Positions 1 through 9,936 of a DNA stretch of 64,000 bases are shown one piece after another (within the stretch, counting starts at the first letter, position 1; the number at the start of each line of letters is the position of its first letter). The stretch is taken from contig CAYJKR010000002.1 of NCBI GenBank assembly GCA_964371165.1, positions 8,828 to 72,827 of the forward strand, read 5' to 3'. Below the pieces are notes generated by a model. It did no database searches, was not told where the DNA came from, and saw nothing but the letters and a program-made list of their open reading frames with translations. This DNA comes from an uncultured Gammaproteobacteria bacterium (GTDB lineage: Bacteria; Patescibacteriota; Microgenomatia; UBA1406; GWC2-37-13). The translations under genes were made by a program, and so were the position numbers.

Positions 1-627
1 GGGCGAAGGCTCGATGACAAACTCCTGACGGACCTTGATAACGTTCTCTTGCTCCGACTCAATTTTATAAGTCACTGGTAGCAAGACTTCCTTGACCGGT
101 TCGTTGGCAAGCGTGGAAATGAATTTATTATAAAAGATGTTTACTTTGGAATAGTGATTATCAAGGAAACCCTCGACCGCCAACTTGAATATGGCCGAAA
201 CGTCGTTTATCGCCGTTTGCCCCAAGGAAAAGTCGGCGGTGATAGAGGCTCCTATCCTGTTTAGAAATAGGGCGCCTTTTTTTCCGACGACAATAAAGTC
301 GTTGTTCTCGAGGACGGCATTTTTGATAACGAAGCGGAAAAGATTGAAATTGTAGGCCCCGCAAAGGCCTTTATTTGAGGAGACGATTATAGAGAGCTCG
401 CGCTTTACTTCTGAGGGGGACTCCTTCAGGAGGGGCGAGGTCGTAACAGCGGCCTTGGCGGTGATTTCCTTGATGATCTGGTCGATGGTTTCCTGATAGG
501 GTCGAGCTTCGGTGGCCGCCGTCTGGGCCTTCTTCATTTTTATAACCGACACCATTTCCATGGCGCCGGTGATTTTTTTCACGTTGGCGACCGATTTAAT
601 TTTTTTTCTCACCAGGCGGATATTCAT
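1..627 (-). CDS. atpG: F1 ATP synthase gamma subunit (partial; C-terminus runs off the window start)
   Basis: Own translation of the minus strand from ATG (625-627) gives MNIRLVRKKIKSVANVKKITGAMEMVSVIKMKKAQ..., the conserved gamma N-terminal helix. The frame stays open to position 1 and lies directly downstream of atpA in canonical operon order. Confidence 0.85.
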   Translation of the reverse strand, partial: MNIRLVRKKIKSVANVKKITGAMEMVSVIKMKKAQTAATEARPYQETIDQIIKEITAKAAVTTSPLLKESPSEVKRELSIIVSSNKGLCGAYNFNLFRFVIKNAVLENNDFIVVGKKGALFLNRIGASITADFSLGQTAINDVSAIFKLAVEGFLDNHYSKVNIFYNKFISTLANEPVKEVLLPVTYKIESEQENVIKVRQEFVIEPSP

Positions 628-631
628 AGAT

Positions 632-2140
632 TTACTGGATAAACCTCTTTAAATTAAAGTCGACCATCTTTTTTAACTCTTTTGCTGTCGCGTCAGTAAT
701 TTCGGTGCTTTTTTCGACAGACCCCATAAGTTTTCTTCCCCGGCCGTTTAGATCCTCCAAGAATTTTTCCTCAAATTCGGGAACCTTGTCCAGCGGCAGT
801 AAGTCGAGGTACCCTTGGGTGGTCGCCCAAATCATCACCACTTCTTCGGCAAGCGAATAAGGGTTGTTTTTCTTCTGTTTTAGGACCTGAGTTACTTTGG
901 CGCCCCGGTTCAATAATTTCCTCGTTGCCTCATCTAGTTCGCTTTCAAACTGGGAGAAGGCGGCCAGTTCCCGGTATTGGGCGAGATCTAGCTTTAGTTT
1001 TCCGGCGACGCCTTTCATTAATTTGGTCTGGGCATTGCCTCCGACACGGGAGACCGAAAGGCCGACGTTTAAGGCTGGACGGATTCCGGCGTTGAACAAG
1101 TCGACGTCGAGAATGATCTGGCCGTCGGTAATCGAGATGACGTTGGTGGGGATATAGGCAGATACGTCGCCTTCCAGAGTTTCGATAATGGGAAGCGAGG
1201 TAATCGAGCCGCCGCCGAACTTTTTATCCATGCGGCATGACCTCTCGAGTAACCGGGAATGGAGGTAAAAGACGTCACCCGGGTAAGCCTCACGCCCCGC
1301 CGGGCGGCGCAGAATAAGGGAAATTTGCCGGTAAGCCCAGGCGTGCTTGGTCAAATCGTCGTAGACTACCAATACGTCGCGCCCCTTATCCATAAAGTAC
1401 TCGGCGACGGCAGTTGCCGCGTAAGGCGCTAAATATTGCATCGCGACCGAGTCCGACGCTGTCGCCGAAACGATCACGGTGTAATCCATAGCTCCTTTTT
1501 TGCTCAAAAGGTCAACCGTCTGGGCGACTTTTGAGGTCTTTTGTCCAACGGCGCAGTAGATGCAGATGACGTCTTGGCCTTTTTGATTAATGATGGTGTC
1601 AATGGCGATGGTAGTTTTGCCGGTGCCCCGGTCTCCCATAATCAACTCTCTTTGTCCTCGACCAATTGGGATCAAGGCGTCAATGGCCTTGATTCCAGTT
1701 TGTAGAGGTATACTAACCCGGGCTCTCTCGACCACGCCCGAGGCTTTTCTCTCCAGCGGATATAGTTTATCTTCTCTAATTTTGCCTTTTCCGTCAATCG
1801 GTACCCCGATTGAATTGACGACCCGGCCGATAATACTCGGCGAAACCGGCGTCGACAAGGTAATTCCAAGGGCTTTGGCCGCGTCCCCGGCGCCGATTCC
1901 AAGGTAATCACCCAAAACTATGACTCCAACTGACTCCTCGGTTAAATCGACTACGTATCCAACTGTTTTATTCCTGAATTCGACCAATTCTCCGTAAGTG
2001 ACATTATCCAGCCCTTCAATTATGACCACGCCGTCTTTGACTTCAACGACAGTTCCGAACTCGGCTGTTTTTACTTTAGTCTTTGCCTGCTTCTTTAACT
2101 CGAGTTCGATATCTTTAAGATATTTATCAATCAATTCCAT
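632..2140 (-). CDS. atpA: F1 ATP synthase alpha subunit
   Basis: 502-aa ORF with Walker A GDRGTGKT and alpha-type blocks (IGRGQRELI, VYDDLTKHA, PGREAYPGDVFYLHSRLLER). Confidence 0.97.
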   Translation of the reverse strand: MELIDKYLKDIELELKKQAKTKVKTAEFGTVVEVKDGVVIIEGLDNVTYGELVEFRNKTVGYVVDLTEESVGVIVLGDYLGIGAGDAAKALGITLSTPVSPSIIGRVVNSIGVPIDGKGKIREDKLYPLERKASGVVERARVSIPLQTGIKAIDALIPIGRGQRELIMGDRGTGKTTIAIDTIINQKGQDVICIYCAVGQKTSKVAQTVDLLSKKGAMDYTVIVSATASDSVAMQYLAPYAATAVAEYFMDKGRDVLVVYDDLTKHAWAYRQISLILRRPAGREAYPGDVFYLHSRLLERSCRMDKKFGGGSITSLPIIETLEGDVSAYIPTNVISITDGQIILDVDLFNAGIRPALNVGLSVSRVGGNAQTKLMKGVAGKLKLDLAQYRELAAFSQFESELDEATRKLLNRGAKVTQVLKQKKNNPYSLAEEVVMIWATTQGYLDLLPLDKVPEFEEKFLEDLNGRGRKLMGSVEKSTEITDATAKELKKMVDFNLKRFIQ

Positions 2141-2411
2141 AGATTAGTTTTTTGAAACTTTGTAACTGCCCTTGAAGAGACAAATCCAAAACCTTGCTAC
2201 CCATTTTGACAACATACCCGGCGATGAGGGAGGAATCAACCACCCACTTGACTACACCTACCCTTAACAATGGAACTTTTTCTTTCAAGGCCTTGACCTC
2301 CTCGGCGTCGACTTTATAGGCCGCCACTACGGTCACTTCGCGCCTTTTTTGCTCCATCTCCTGGCGCAACCTTTCCTTCAGGTCCTTTTTTATCTTCGGG
2401 TCAATTTTCAT
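2127..2411 (-). CDS. atpH: ATP synthase delta (OSCP) subunit, unusually short (C-terminal domain only)
   Basis: 94-aa ORF between atpF and atpA. Its C-terminal block VDSSLIAGYVVKMGSKVLDLSLQGQLQ resembles the delta motif IDPSLIGG..V..G..V.D.S. The ORF cannot extend upstream because it overlaps the atpF stop. Confidence 0.6.
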   Translation of the reverse strand: MKIDPKIKKDLKERLRQEMEQKRREVTVVAAYKVDAEEVKALKEKVPLLRVGVVKWVVDSSLIAGYVVKMGSKVLDLSLQGQLQSFKKLIYGID

Positions 2412-2910
2412 TGAGGTTGATCGCTTTTGGCAAACTTTTAAGAATTCTCGCGCTCACTTTCTTCCTCTCCTCGGTGTCCAGAGTCTCTTTAAGAGATTGG
2501 GAGACCAGTAGGAGCGACAGGTCCGAAACTTTCCTCTTAACCTGCTTGTAGAGCGCCTCTTTTTCCTGTTCGAGTTCTTTTTTGGAACCCGTCTTGATGG
2601 CTTCGGCCTCTTTTTTTGCCGAATCAATCATTCCTTCTTTTATTTTATTCGCCTCGACCTTGGCCTCGGCCAAAGTCTTGTCAAATTCCAGTTTCATCTT
2701 GCGCTCCAGCTCGGTTTGCCTTTTGGCAAAAACCTCCTCCTGTTTTTGAGCCTCTTCCAGGAGTTTTTGCTTTTCCGCCTCTTTTTGGCGCTCCGAGTCT
2801 AAAAATGACTGAAACGGTTTGGCGACAAACTTTTTGACGATGACGAAAAATAGAACAAAGTTTATCAACTGCGCCACCATCAACTTAATATCAATTCCTA
2901 AATTTTCCAT
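2401..2910 (-). CDS. atpF: F0 ATP synthase b subunit
   Basis: 169 aa with one N-terminal TM helix followed by a long charged K/E/A-rich coiled coil. Position between atpE and atpH fits. Confidence 0.8.
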   Translation of the reverse strand: MENLGIDIKLMVAQLINFVLFFVIVKKFVAKPFQSFLDSERQKEAEKQKLLEEAQKQEEVFAKRQTELERKMKLEFDKTLAEAKVEANKIKEGMIDSAKKEAEAIKTGSKKELEQEKEALYKQVKRKVSDLSLLLVSQSLKETLDTEERKKVSARILKSLPKAINLNEN

Positions 2911-2922
2911 ACTGATATTTTA

Positions 2923-3159
<237 letters not shown>

Positions 3160-3181
3160 TCACCTCCTTTCAAGATAAATT

Positions 3182-3919
3182 TTAATGGTGCTTCGCTATC
3201 GCACCACTGATAAATACCGCTGTCAACATGCTAAATACCAGAGCCTGGATAAAACCGACAAAGAGCTCTAACATTATAAAGGGAAATGACGCCAAAACGG
3301 GAACGAGAAAGGCAACGATCGTCAACAGCACCTCGCCCGCAAAAATATTACCAAAAAGACGGAAAGAAAATGAGAGGATTTTTGAGAGCTCGGAAACGAC
3401 CTCGAGGAGCCCGAGGACAAAGTTAATCGGGTTGGTCAAATTAATATACTTTTTAATATATTCCTTAAACCCGAGAAACTTGATTCCGAAGACCTGGATC
3501 ATGACCACAGATGTGATTGCCAGGACAAAGGTGGTGTTGAGGTCGGCGTTATTTCCCCGAAAAAGCGGGACGTGGAGAATCTCCTCGTGCTCGCGGACGG
3601 CGAGCATGATGCTCCCGACTCCGGGCAAAAGGCCAAACCAGTTCTGAAGGAGAATGTAGGAAAAGAAAGCCAAAAGGAGGGGAAAAAAGTATTTTGTCTT
3701 GTCGGCCAAGACCGACTCGAACAGCGAATAGACGCTCTTGACTATGAATTGAAAAAAATAGAAAAAGCTGCTCTTTTTGGGAGACTTCGAATCGTTGTAA
3801 TACTTTAAGGCCATGTAGAAAAAAAGCGCGATGACGATCCAGGAGAGCAGCAAAGAATTGGTGATGGGGTAGCCGAAAAGGTGAAAAACAATTTCTGGTC
3901 TAATGCTAATTTCTGGCAT
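3182..3919 (-). CDS. atpB: F0 ATP synthase a subunit
   Basis: 245-aa polytopic membrane protein with the conserved SFSFRLFGNIFAGE block containing the essential Arg. Confidence 0.9.
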   Translation of the reverse strand: MPEISIRPEIVFHLFGYPITNSLLLSWIVIALFFYMALKYYNDSKSPKKSSFFYFFQFIVKSVYSLFESVLADKTKYFFPLLLAFFSYILLQNWFGLLPGVGSIMLAVREHEEILHVPLFRGNNADLNTTFVLAITSVVMIQVFGIKFLGFKEYIKKYINLTNPINFVLGLLEVVSELSKILSFSFRLFGNIFAGEVLLTIVAFLVPVLASFPFIMLELFVGFIQALVFSMLTAVFISGAIAKHH

Positions 3920-4188
3920 TATTCTTTAGTCAATTTGAATAAATTGTAAAAGGTACCTAGAGCTCCGAAAACGATTCCTCCGATAATAAAACCCTCAATC
4001 CTTGTCAAGCTCCTCAAAAAAAAACCTAAAAAAACTCCAATAATCAAAGGAGTTATCAAATAATAACCAATATTGAAATATTTTGCAAGGAGGAAATTGT
4101 TGGCTTTCTTGGTTTTTTTCGGGTTTGCCAACGCTTTTGAAGGTTTTAAATTGAGATTTTTGTCAAAAGAAAAGTAAGTTTTGTCCAT
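3919..4188 (-). CDS. small membrane protein, AtpI/AtpZ-like
   Basis: 89 aa with two predicted TM helices. First gene of the atp operon, the usual AtpI/AtpZ position. Assigned by position and topology only. Confidence 0.45.
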   Translation of the reverse strand: MDKTYFSFDKNLNLKPSKALANPKKTKKANNFLLAKYFNIGYYLITPLIIGVFLGFFLRSLTRIEGFIIGGIVFGALGTFYNLFKLTKE

Positions 4189-4189
4189 A

Positions 4190-7100
4190 TTAAGCTTTGC
4201 TGTTGACGGCCTCCAGGTCGACGGCGTTTTCCATGATTATACCGAGCCTGCCCTCCCGGTCGTTTACCCGGCCCTTGAGCATAATGACGCGATTTATCGC
4301 CAAGAAGTGTTTTATTTTGGCAAAAAGCTTGGGAAAGACAACGACTTCGATGCTCCCGGTTTCGTCAAAGACCTGAATAATGGCCATTTCCGAATTGTCT
4401 TTCCTGGTCTTTAAGGCCTTCTTGCCGCTGACAATCCCGGCGACGATAACCGATTTATCGGTATCTGAGGCCACAATGTCTCCGATTTTGTGGGTAGATT
4501 TTTTGGCAATTATCGGGGCATATTTCAAGAGCGGGTTTTTGCCTATTAAAAAGCCGATGACTTCGCGCTCCATGGCAAATAGTTCGTCCTCGGAAAATTC
4601 CGGGACCTTTGAAAACGAGTCGTTCAGGCTTTTGGGTGAGGAACTCTCAAAGAGGTCAAATTGGCCTTTTTCCTGCTTGATTTTTGCCTTTTGGATATCG
4701 GCAACCACATTAGGGTAATGGGTCAAGAGGGTGGCAATATTGCCAAACTGGGAAAAAGCCCTGGCCTTGATCAAGCTCTCGACGGTTTTTTTGTTGACGC
4801 GTCGAAGGTCGATTCTGGAGAGAAAATCCTTAAAGCTCCGGAAAGATCCCTCGGCGCGGGCGGTAATAATCGACTCGATGGCCGCGCCCCCGACATTCTT
4901 GATCGCCGACAGCCCAAACCTGATGGCGCCCCCCTCGATGGCGAAATTGTGGCTCGATTTGTTAATATCGGGCGGCAGGACGGTGATATTCATTCTCCGG
5001 CACTCCTCAATCGCCTGGGACATCTTTATCTCCCTCAAGGGCCCGGCGACCCCCTGGAGCTCTGCCGAAAGAAGCGCCGTCATAAATTCGACCGGATAAT
5101 TGGCTTTGATATAGGCGGTCCAGTAAGCAATCAGGGCGTAGGAGGCCGAGTGCGGTTTGTTGAACCCGTAGGCGGCAAACTTTGCCATAAAGTTCCAAAG
5201 GGCCTCGACCGTTGTCTTCTTGTAGCCCTTCTTTATGGCGCCGTTGAAGAATTTTTCTTTTTCCTTGTCCATTAGTTCTTTTTTCTTTTTACCCATCGCC
5301 ATCCTCAAGTTATCGGCCTCGCTCATCTTGTAACCGGCTAAAGCATGGGCGATCTCCATCACCTGTTCCTGGTAAACGAGGACTCCATAGGTTTCGGAGA
5401 GAATTGGCGTTAAGTCGGGGTGCAAATATTTAATCTTCTTGGCGTTTTGTTTGCCTTCAAGGAAAGCCGGGATAAGATCCATCGGACCGGGGCGGTAGAG
5501 TGCGACCATGGCGGAAATGTCGGAAATTTTATTGGGCTTCAAGTCCTTGGCTAATCTCTTCATCCCCCCCGACTCGAGCTGAAAGATGCCGACGGTGCTC
5601 CCGCTCGAGATCAAGTCATAAGCTTTTTTGTCGTCCAAGGGCACGGCGTGAATATCGATTTTTTTTCCGGTCAGCTCCTTAACATAACCGAGAGCCTTTT
5701 CGATAATGGTCAAGTTCCTCAAGCCCAAGAAGTCGACCTTGAGGAGGCCGATTGCCTTTTGATTTGAAACCGCGTTTAAATCCAGGCAGTACATATCGTA
5801 CTGGGTGATAATCTTTCCCTCCCGCGAGTCCCTTTGCAAAGGGACGTATTCCAACATCGGTTTATCGGATATGACTACCCCGGCGGCGTGGACCGAAGCG
5901 TGGCGCGGCAGCCCCTCGATTTTTCGGGCAACGTCGAGGATTTTTTTGACGTCGGGCTCGGTCTGATAGGCAAACTTCAGTTGGGGAGACTCCTCAAGGG
6001 CGGCGGCAATAGTCATGCCAAATCCTTGTCTCCCAAACGGAATCATCTTGGCAATTCGGTCGCCCTGGGAATACGAGTGTCCCAAAGCGCGGGAGACGTC
6101 GCGAACCGCCAATCTGGCTTCCATGGTTCCAAAAGTAATTATTTGGGCGACCTTATCTTCTCCGTATTTATGGGTCACATATTTCAAGACTTCGTCCCGG
6201 CGGGTATCGGCAAAGTCGATGTCGATATCGGGAGGGGTCGGGCGCTCGGGGTTCAAAAACCTCTCGAAAGGCAGGTTGTAGTCTATGGGGTTAATGTCGG
6301 TGATGCCGAGGATATACGCGACCAGGCTACCGGCGACCGATCCCCGGCCAGGGCCAACGGCAACGCCGTGCTCCTTGGCCCAGTTGACAAAATCGGCTAC
6401 GATAAGAAAATAGGTGGCATAACCTTTGGAAGTAATGATTTTGAGCTCGTACTCTATCCTTTTATTGACCATCTCCTGGTCATAGGCGGAAACCCTCTTT
6501 TTTCTAACCGTTACCAGATTTTTAAGGTAAGACTCGACCGAAACTCCCTCGGGCGTGGCAAATTCCGGGAGAATCCATTTGCCGAAGGGAATTTTAAGGT
6601 CGCACTTCTCGGCAATCTTTAGGGTGTTTTCGACGGCTTCGGGAAGGTCTATAAACAAGCCCTTCATCTCCTGTGGAGTTTTGAAGTAGTAGTCGGGGAC
6701 GTCCACCATCGAGAGGGGCCTGTCTTTTTCAATGATTGTCCGCTGCGTCTGGATGCAGAGCATGATTTCCTGGGCGTAGGCGTCGGCCTCGTCCAGATAG
6801 TGGACGTCGTTGGTTGCCACCAGTGGGACTCCAAATTTACGAGACATTCTGATCAATTCTTTGTTGACGCCGTCGAGCTTTTCGACCTTGGGATGGCGCT
6901 GGACTTCCAAATAATAGTCGTCTTTGAAAAGAGCCTGGTATTTTTGGACGACCGCCTCTGCCTCCTTCGTTTGATTTTCTAAAATCGCGCTTGCAAGCTC
7001 TCCATTCAAACACCCGGAGAGGGCGATAATGCCCTCGTGGTGTTTCTCGAGGACCTCGAAATCTATTCTTGGCTTGTAATAAAAGCCCTCGAGGTGGGCA

Positions 7101-7420
7101 ATCGTCACCAGTTTCAAAAGGTTTTTGTAGCCGTCTAAATTCTTCGCCAGCAAGGTCAGATGAAACTGATCCCTCTCAATGCCGGGCTGCTTGTCAAAAC
7201 GGGACTTTTTGGCGATATATACCTCGACTCCGATAATCGGCTTGATTCCGGCGTCGATGGCTTTGGTATAGAATTTGAAGGCTCCGTAGAGGGCTCCGTG
7301 GTCGGTGATGGCGACCGCCGGCATTTTGTATTCGATGGCGCGGGCGAGGACTTCGTCGATTTTGCACATTCCGTCGAGGAGCGAATAACCGGTATGAAGG
7401 TGTAAATGAACGAATGACAT
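4190..7420 (-). CDS. dnaE: DNA polymerase III alpha subunit
   Basis: 1076 aa with N-terminal PHP domain (HLHLHTGYSLLDG), polymerase core blocks (GPGRGSVAGSLVAY, PDIDIDF, KVDFLGLRNLT) and a C-terminal OB-fold region. Confidence 0.97.
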   Translation of the reverse strand: MSFVHLHLHTGYSLLDGMCKIDEVLARAIEYKMPAVAITDHGALYGAFKFYTKAIDAGIKPIIGVEVYIAKKSRFDKQPGIERDQFHLTLLAKNLDGYKNLLKLVTIAHLEGFYYKPRIDFEVLEKHHEGIIALSGCLNGELASAILENQTKEAEAVVQKYQALFKDDYYLEVQRHPKVEKLDGVNKELIRMSRKFGVPLVATNDVHYLDEADAYAQEIMLCIQTQRTIIEKDRPLSMVDVPDYYFKTPQEMKGLFIDLPEAVENTLKIAEKCDLKIPFGKWILPEFATPEGVSVESYLKNLVTVRKKRVSAYDQEMVNKRIEYELKIITSKGYATYFLIVADFVNWAKEHGVAVGPGRGSVAGSLVAYILGITDINPIDYNLPFERFLNPERPTPPDIDIDFADTRRDEVLKYVTHKYGEDKVAQIITFGTMEARLAVRDVSRALGHSYSQGDRIAKMIPFGRQGFGMTIAAALEESPQLKFAYQTEPDVKKILDVARKIEGLPRHASVHAAGVVISDKPMLEYVPLQRDSREGKIITQYDMYCLDLNAVSNQKAIGLLKVDFLGLRNLTIIEKALGYVKELTGKKIDIHAVPLDDKKAYDLISSGSTVGIFQLESGGMKRLAKDLKPNKISDISAMVALYRPGPMDLIPAFLEGKQNAKKIKYLHPDLTPILSETYGVLVYQEQVMEIAHALAGYKMSEADNLRMAMGKKKKELMDKEKEKFFNGAIKKGYKKTTVEALWNFMAKFAAYGFNKPHSASYALIAYWTAYIKANYPVEFMTALLSAELQGVAGPLREIKMSQAIEECRRMNITVLPPDINKSSHNFAIEGGAIRFGLSAIKNVGGAAIESIITARAEGSFRSFKDFLSRIDLRRVNKKTVESLIKARAFSQFGNIATLLTHYPNVVADIQKAKIKQEKGQFDLFESSSPKSLNDSFSKVPEFSEDELFAMEREVIGFLIGKNPLLKYAPIIAKKSTHKIGDIVASDTDKSVIVAGIVSGKKALKTRKDNSEMAIIQVFDETGSIEVVVFPKLFAKIKHFLAINRVIMLKGRVNDREGRLGIIMENAVDLEAVNSKA

Positions 7421-7427
7421 AGCTCAA

Positions 7428-9935
7428 TTATATACGATTTTTTGTCACGATTATGACCGGCGTTTGTTCATCCGCTTGTCCCATAGGGTTGTCTTTTATT
7501 ATCTTTTCAACGAGTTTGTCGGGGAGGCCGGTCGAGTTTCCCAGGACGTTTTGTCCCAGGTCGTTGGCGTCGACGATGGCGGCTCTTTCTATTTTATCGG
7601 CAACCTCATTTGGATCTTTGGGACCGAGTTTGGCCGAGACGTTTGACGGATAAAGCGAATAGCTGGTCGGGCCGTCGATCGAACGGATAGTTGACCCGGT
7701 AACCCGGTAAAACATTCCGCCGATGCCGAAAATTTTGGTTAACGCGGAAACAAATGTTGCCAGTAAAATTTTTGGTAATCCGACCTCGTCAATTGCCAGC
7801 TGCATCGTCCAAGGACTACCGAGTCCGATTCCGTAAGGCGTTCTTTTGACAAACGAGGAGAGTACTTTGGCTGCTAGAGTCGGCTTGATGTCCCAAATGA
7901 AATAACTACGCCCTTGGGATATGGCAACGATTTTTTCCGAAACGGCAAAGAATAAGGCGCGACCACGATACGGCTCGACTGCTTTTCTGATTTTGCTTAC
8001 ATAGTCGTCGCCTTTTTTAAATGCCTCGGTTTTTAATGGATACCTGAAGTAGGTCTTGCCCCCCACTTTTATTGCCAGCTTTTTTCCTCGGTTGGGTTGG
8101 CCGAACTGGTATGGTTTTTTATTTTGTTTAGCTATTACGTCAAAAAACTCCTTATGCCACAAATGGAGGTTTAAAATTCTCCAAAATACCATCGTATCGG
8201 TATTCTTTTTTTCCAAAAAATCCTGAAACGCCTCGACGATCTTGACCTGGTTAAAATACCGATTATGTCCGAATTCAAGAGAAGTAAATATTTTCATCAG
8301 GACTTCTTTTTTGTCCATGAACCATTCGTACTCGGGTGTCGTAAAGCCTATCTTGTTTCGCCTTTGGTTAATAACGGTAGGCAACAAATCTTTTGTCGCT
8401 TCTCTTAATATGTACTTACTCCAGCCGCCTTTTATAATGGCTTCATCGGGCATAGAAAAAATTCGCCTTATCAAATTGAAATCCAGAAAGGGGACTCTGC
8501 CCTCTATGGAAAACCTCATCGCGTTTTTGTCCTCATATCTTAGAAGAGACGGCAGGCTGTTGTAAAAGACGTCTTGGATTAATCTTTTCTTTAGGTTCTT
8601 GTTCTCAACAATAAAATTTTCCCTTTGGTGTTTTTCGTAAAAATCCCGATTCAATAGACCAGAGACATTAAGGGAGGCAGAAAGCTTCTCTTTTATATAT
8701 CTTATAACCACGTCCGGCGCCGACATTACCTCGCTCAGCAATCTGAAGTATTTTTTGTTTTCAAGGAGCTCTCGAAAATATACCAAATAGTAGGGTAGGT
8801 AACCGGCCATCATTTCGTCGCTCCCCTGCCCGTCCAAAAGTACTTTTACTTTGCCTTTGGCCATCTCCATCACTTTGTACTGGGCATACGGCCCGGTCGA
8901 AATCGTCGGCTCCTCCTGCGTCCTGACAAAGTCCTTAATCTCTTTGAAAAAGTCGGCCGAATTCGGTTTCACTTTGTAAGACGTTATGTTGGCGATTTTG
9001 GAGGTTATGGCGTCGATGTATTTTTCCTCGTCGTTTGAAGAGTTCGGAAAGACGGCCGAAAAAGTCTTTTGCCTCTTCCCTACCGACCTGGCTTCTTTGG
9101 CATGACGACTCAATAGTCGGTTGACGACGGCGACGACGGTTGAGGAATCGAGCCCCCCCGATAAACAAGTGCCGACCGGAACGTCGGAAATCAGACGGTA
9201 TTTAATTGCTTTTATAAGTTCGTCCTTAAATTTTTTAGCATCCGTTGATTGTTTTTCCAAAGATAACAAGTCGTCTTCGAGGTTGGAATATCTTCGAATT
9301 TCTATTTTTCCTTTACTGATTTCTAGAAGCTCTCCCGGCATCAGGCGATAGATATTTTTAAAGAAGGTTTCCTTCTCGTTATCGTGGACGCGGAATTTTA
9401 GATATCGGTAAATGATCCTGTTATTGGGGCTGGTTTTTATCAGTCCCGATAAATGAATCGGTTTGATTTCCGAGGAAAAAACCAATTTGTCGTTGAATAT
9501 GGAATAGTACAGAGGTTTTATTCCAAAATGGTCTCTAACCAAAAGCATTTTGTTTTTCCTTGTATCGCGAAGGGCAATGGCGAACATGCCGTTTAACCGG
9601 TCGAAACACTTTTCTCCCCACTCCTCATATCCGTGAACGATGACCTCGGTGTCGGACTCGGTTTTGAAAACGTGGCCTTTTTTGAGTAACTCGGCCTTTA
9701 ACTCCCGGTAGTTGTAGATTTCGCCGTTATAGACGACAACGACCGACTTGTCTTCGTTATAAATCGGCTGATCCCCTCCCTTAAGGTCTATTATTGCCAG
9801 CCGACGGTTAAGGAGCGAGACGTCTGAGTCCTGATAGAATCCTTCCCCGTCGGGGCCGCGGTGGGCCAACTGCCGGGAAAACTTGCGGAGCAGTTTGTCG
9901 TCTTTAAATCCGTAAAACCCGGCGATTCCGCACAT
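7428..9935 (-). CDS. asparagine synthase (glutamine-hydrolysing) fused to a C-terminal CofE-like (F420-0:gamma-glutamyl ligase family) domain
   Basis: N-terminal MCGIAGF (Ntn amidotransferase nucleophile Cys2) and PP-loop SGGLDSS. A roughly 220-aa C-terminal extension carries PLKTEAFKKGDD, VSEKIVAISQGR, IVDANDLG and NPMGQADEQTPVIIV, which resemble CofE motifs. Confidence 0.8.
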   Translation of the reverse strand: MCGIAGFYGFKDDKLLRKFSRQLAHRGPDGEGFYQDSDVSLLNRRLAIIDLKGGDQPIYNEDKSVVVVYNGEIYNYRELKAELLKKGHVFKTESDTEVIVHGYEEWGEKCFDRLNGMFAIALRDTRKNKMLLVRDHFGIKPLYYSIFNDKLVFSSEIKPIHLSGLIKTSPNNRIIYRYLKFRVHDNEKETFFKNIYRLMPGELLEISKGKIEIRRYSNLEDDLLSLEKQSTDAKKFKDELIKAIKYRLISDVPVGTCLSGGLDSSTVVAVVNRLLSRHAKEARSVGKRQKTFSAVFPNSSNDEEKYIDAITSKIANITSYKVKPNSADFFKEIKDFVRTQEEPTISTGPYAQYKVMEMAKGKVKVLLDGQGSDEMMAGYLPYYLVYFRELLENKKYFRLLSEVMSAPDVVIRYIKEKLSASLNVSGLLNRDFYEKHQRENFIVENKNLKKRLIQDVFYNSLPSLLRYEDKNAMRFSIEGRVPFLDFNLIRRIFSMPDEAIIKGGWSKYILREATKDLLPTVINQRRNKIGFTTPEYEWFMDKKEVLMKIFTSLEFGHNRYFNQVKIVEAFQDFLEKKNTDTMVFWRILNLHLWHKEFFDVIAKQNKKPYQFGQPNRGKKLAIKVGGKTYFRYPLKTEAFKKGDDYVSKIRKAVEPYRGRALFFAVSEKIVAISQGRSYFIWDIKPTLAAKVLSSFVKRTPYGIGLGSPWTMQLAIDEVGLPKILLATFVSALTKIFGIGGMFYRVTGSTIRSIDGPTSYSLYPSNVSAKLGPKDPNEVADKIERAAIVDANDLGQNVLGNSTGLPDKLVEKIIKDNPMGQADEQTPVIIVTKNRI

Positions 9936-9936
9936 A

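Noticed and set aside
4380-7405. Multiple 60-260-aa plus-strand ORFs (e.g. 5834-6622, 4661-5275)
   Set aside because: All are nested antisense within dnaE, which is continuous and strongly recognisable. None has an independent motif.
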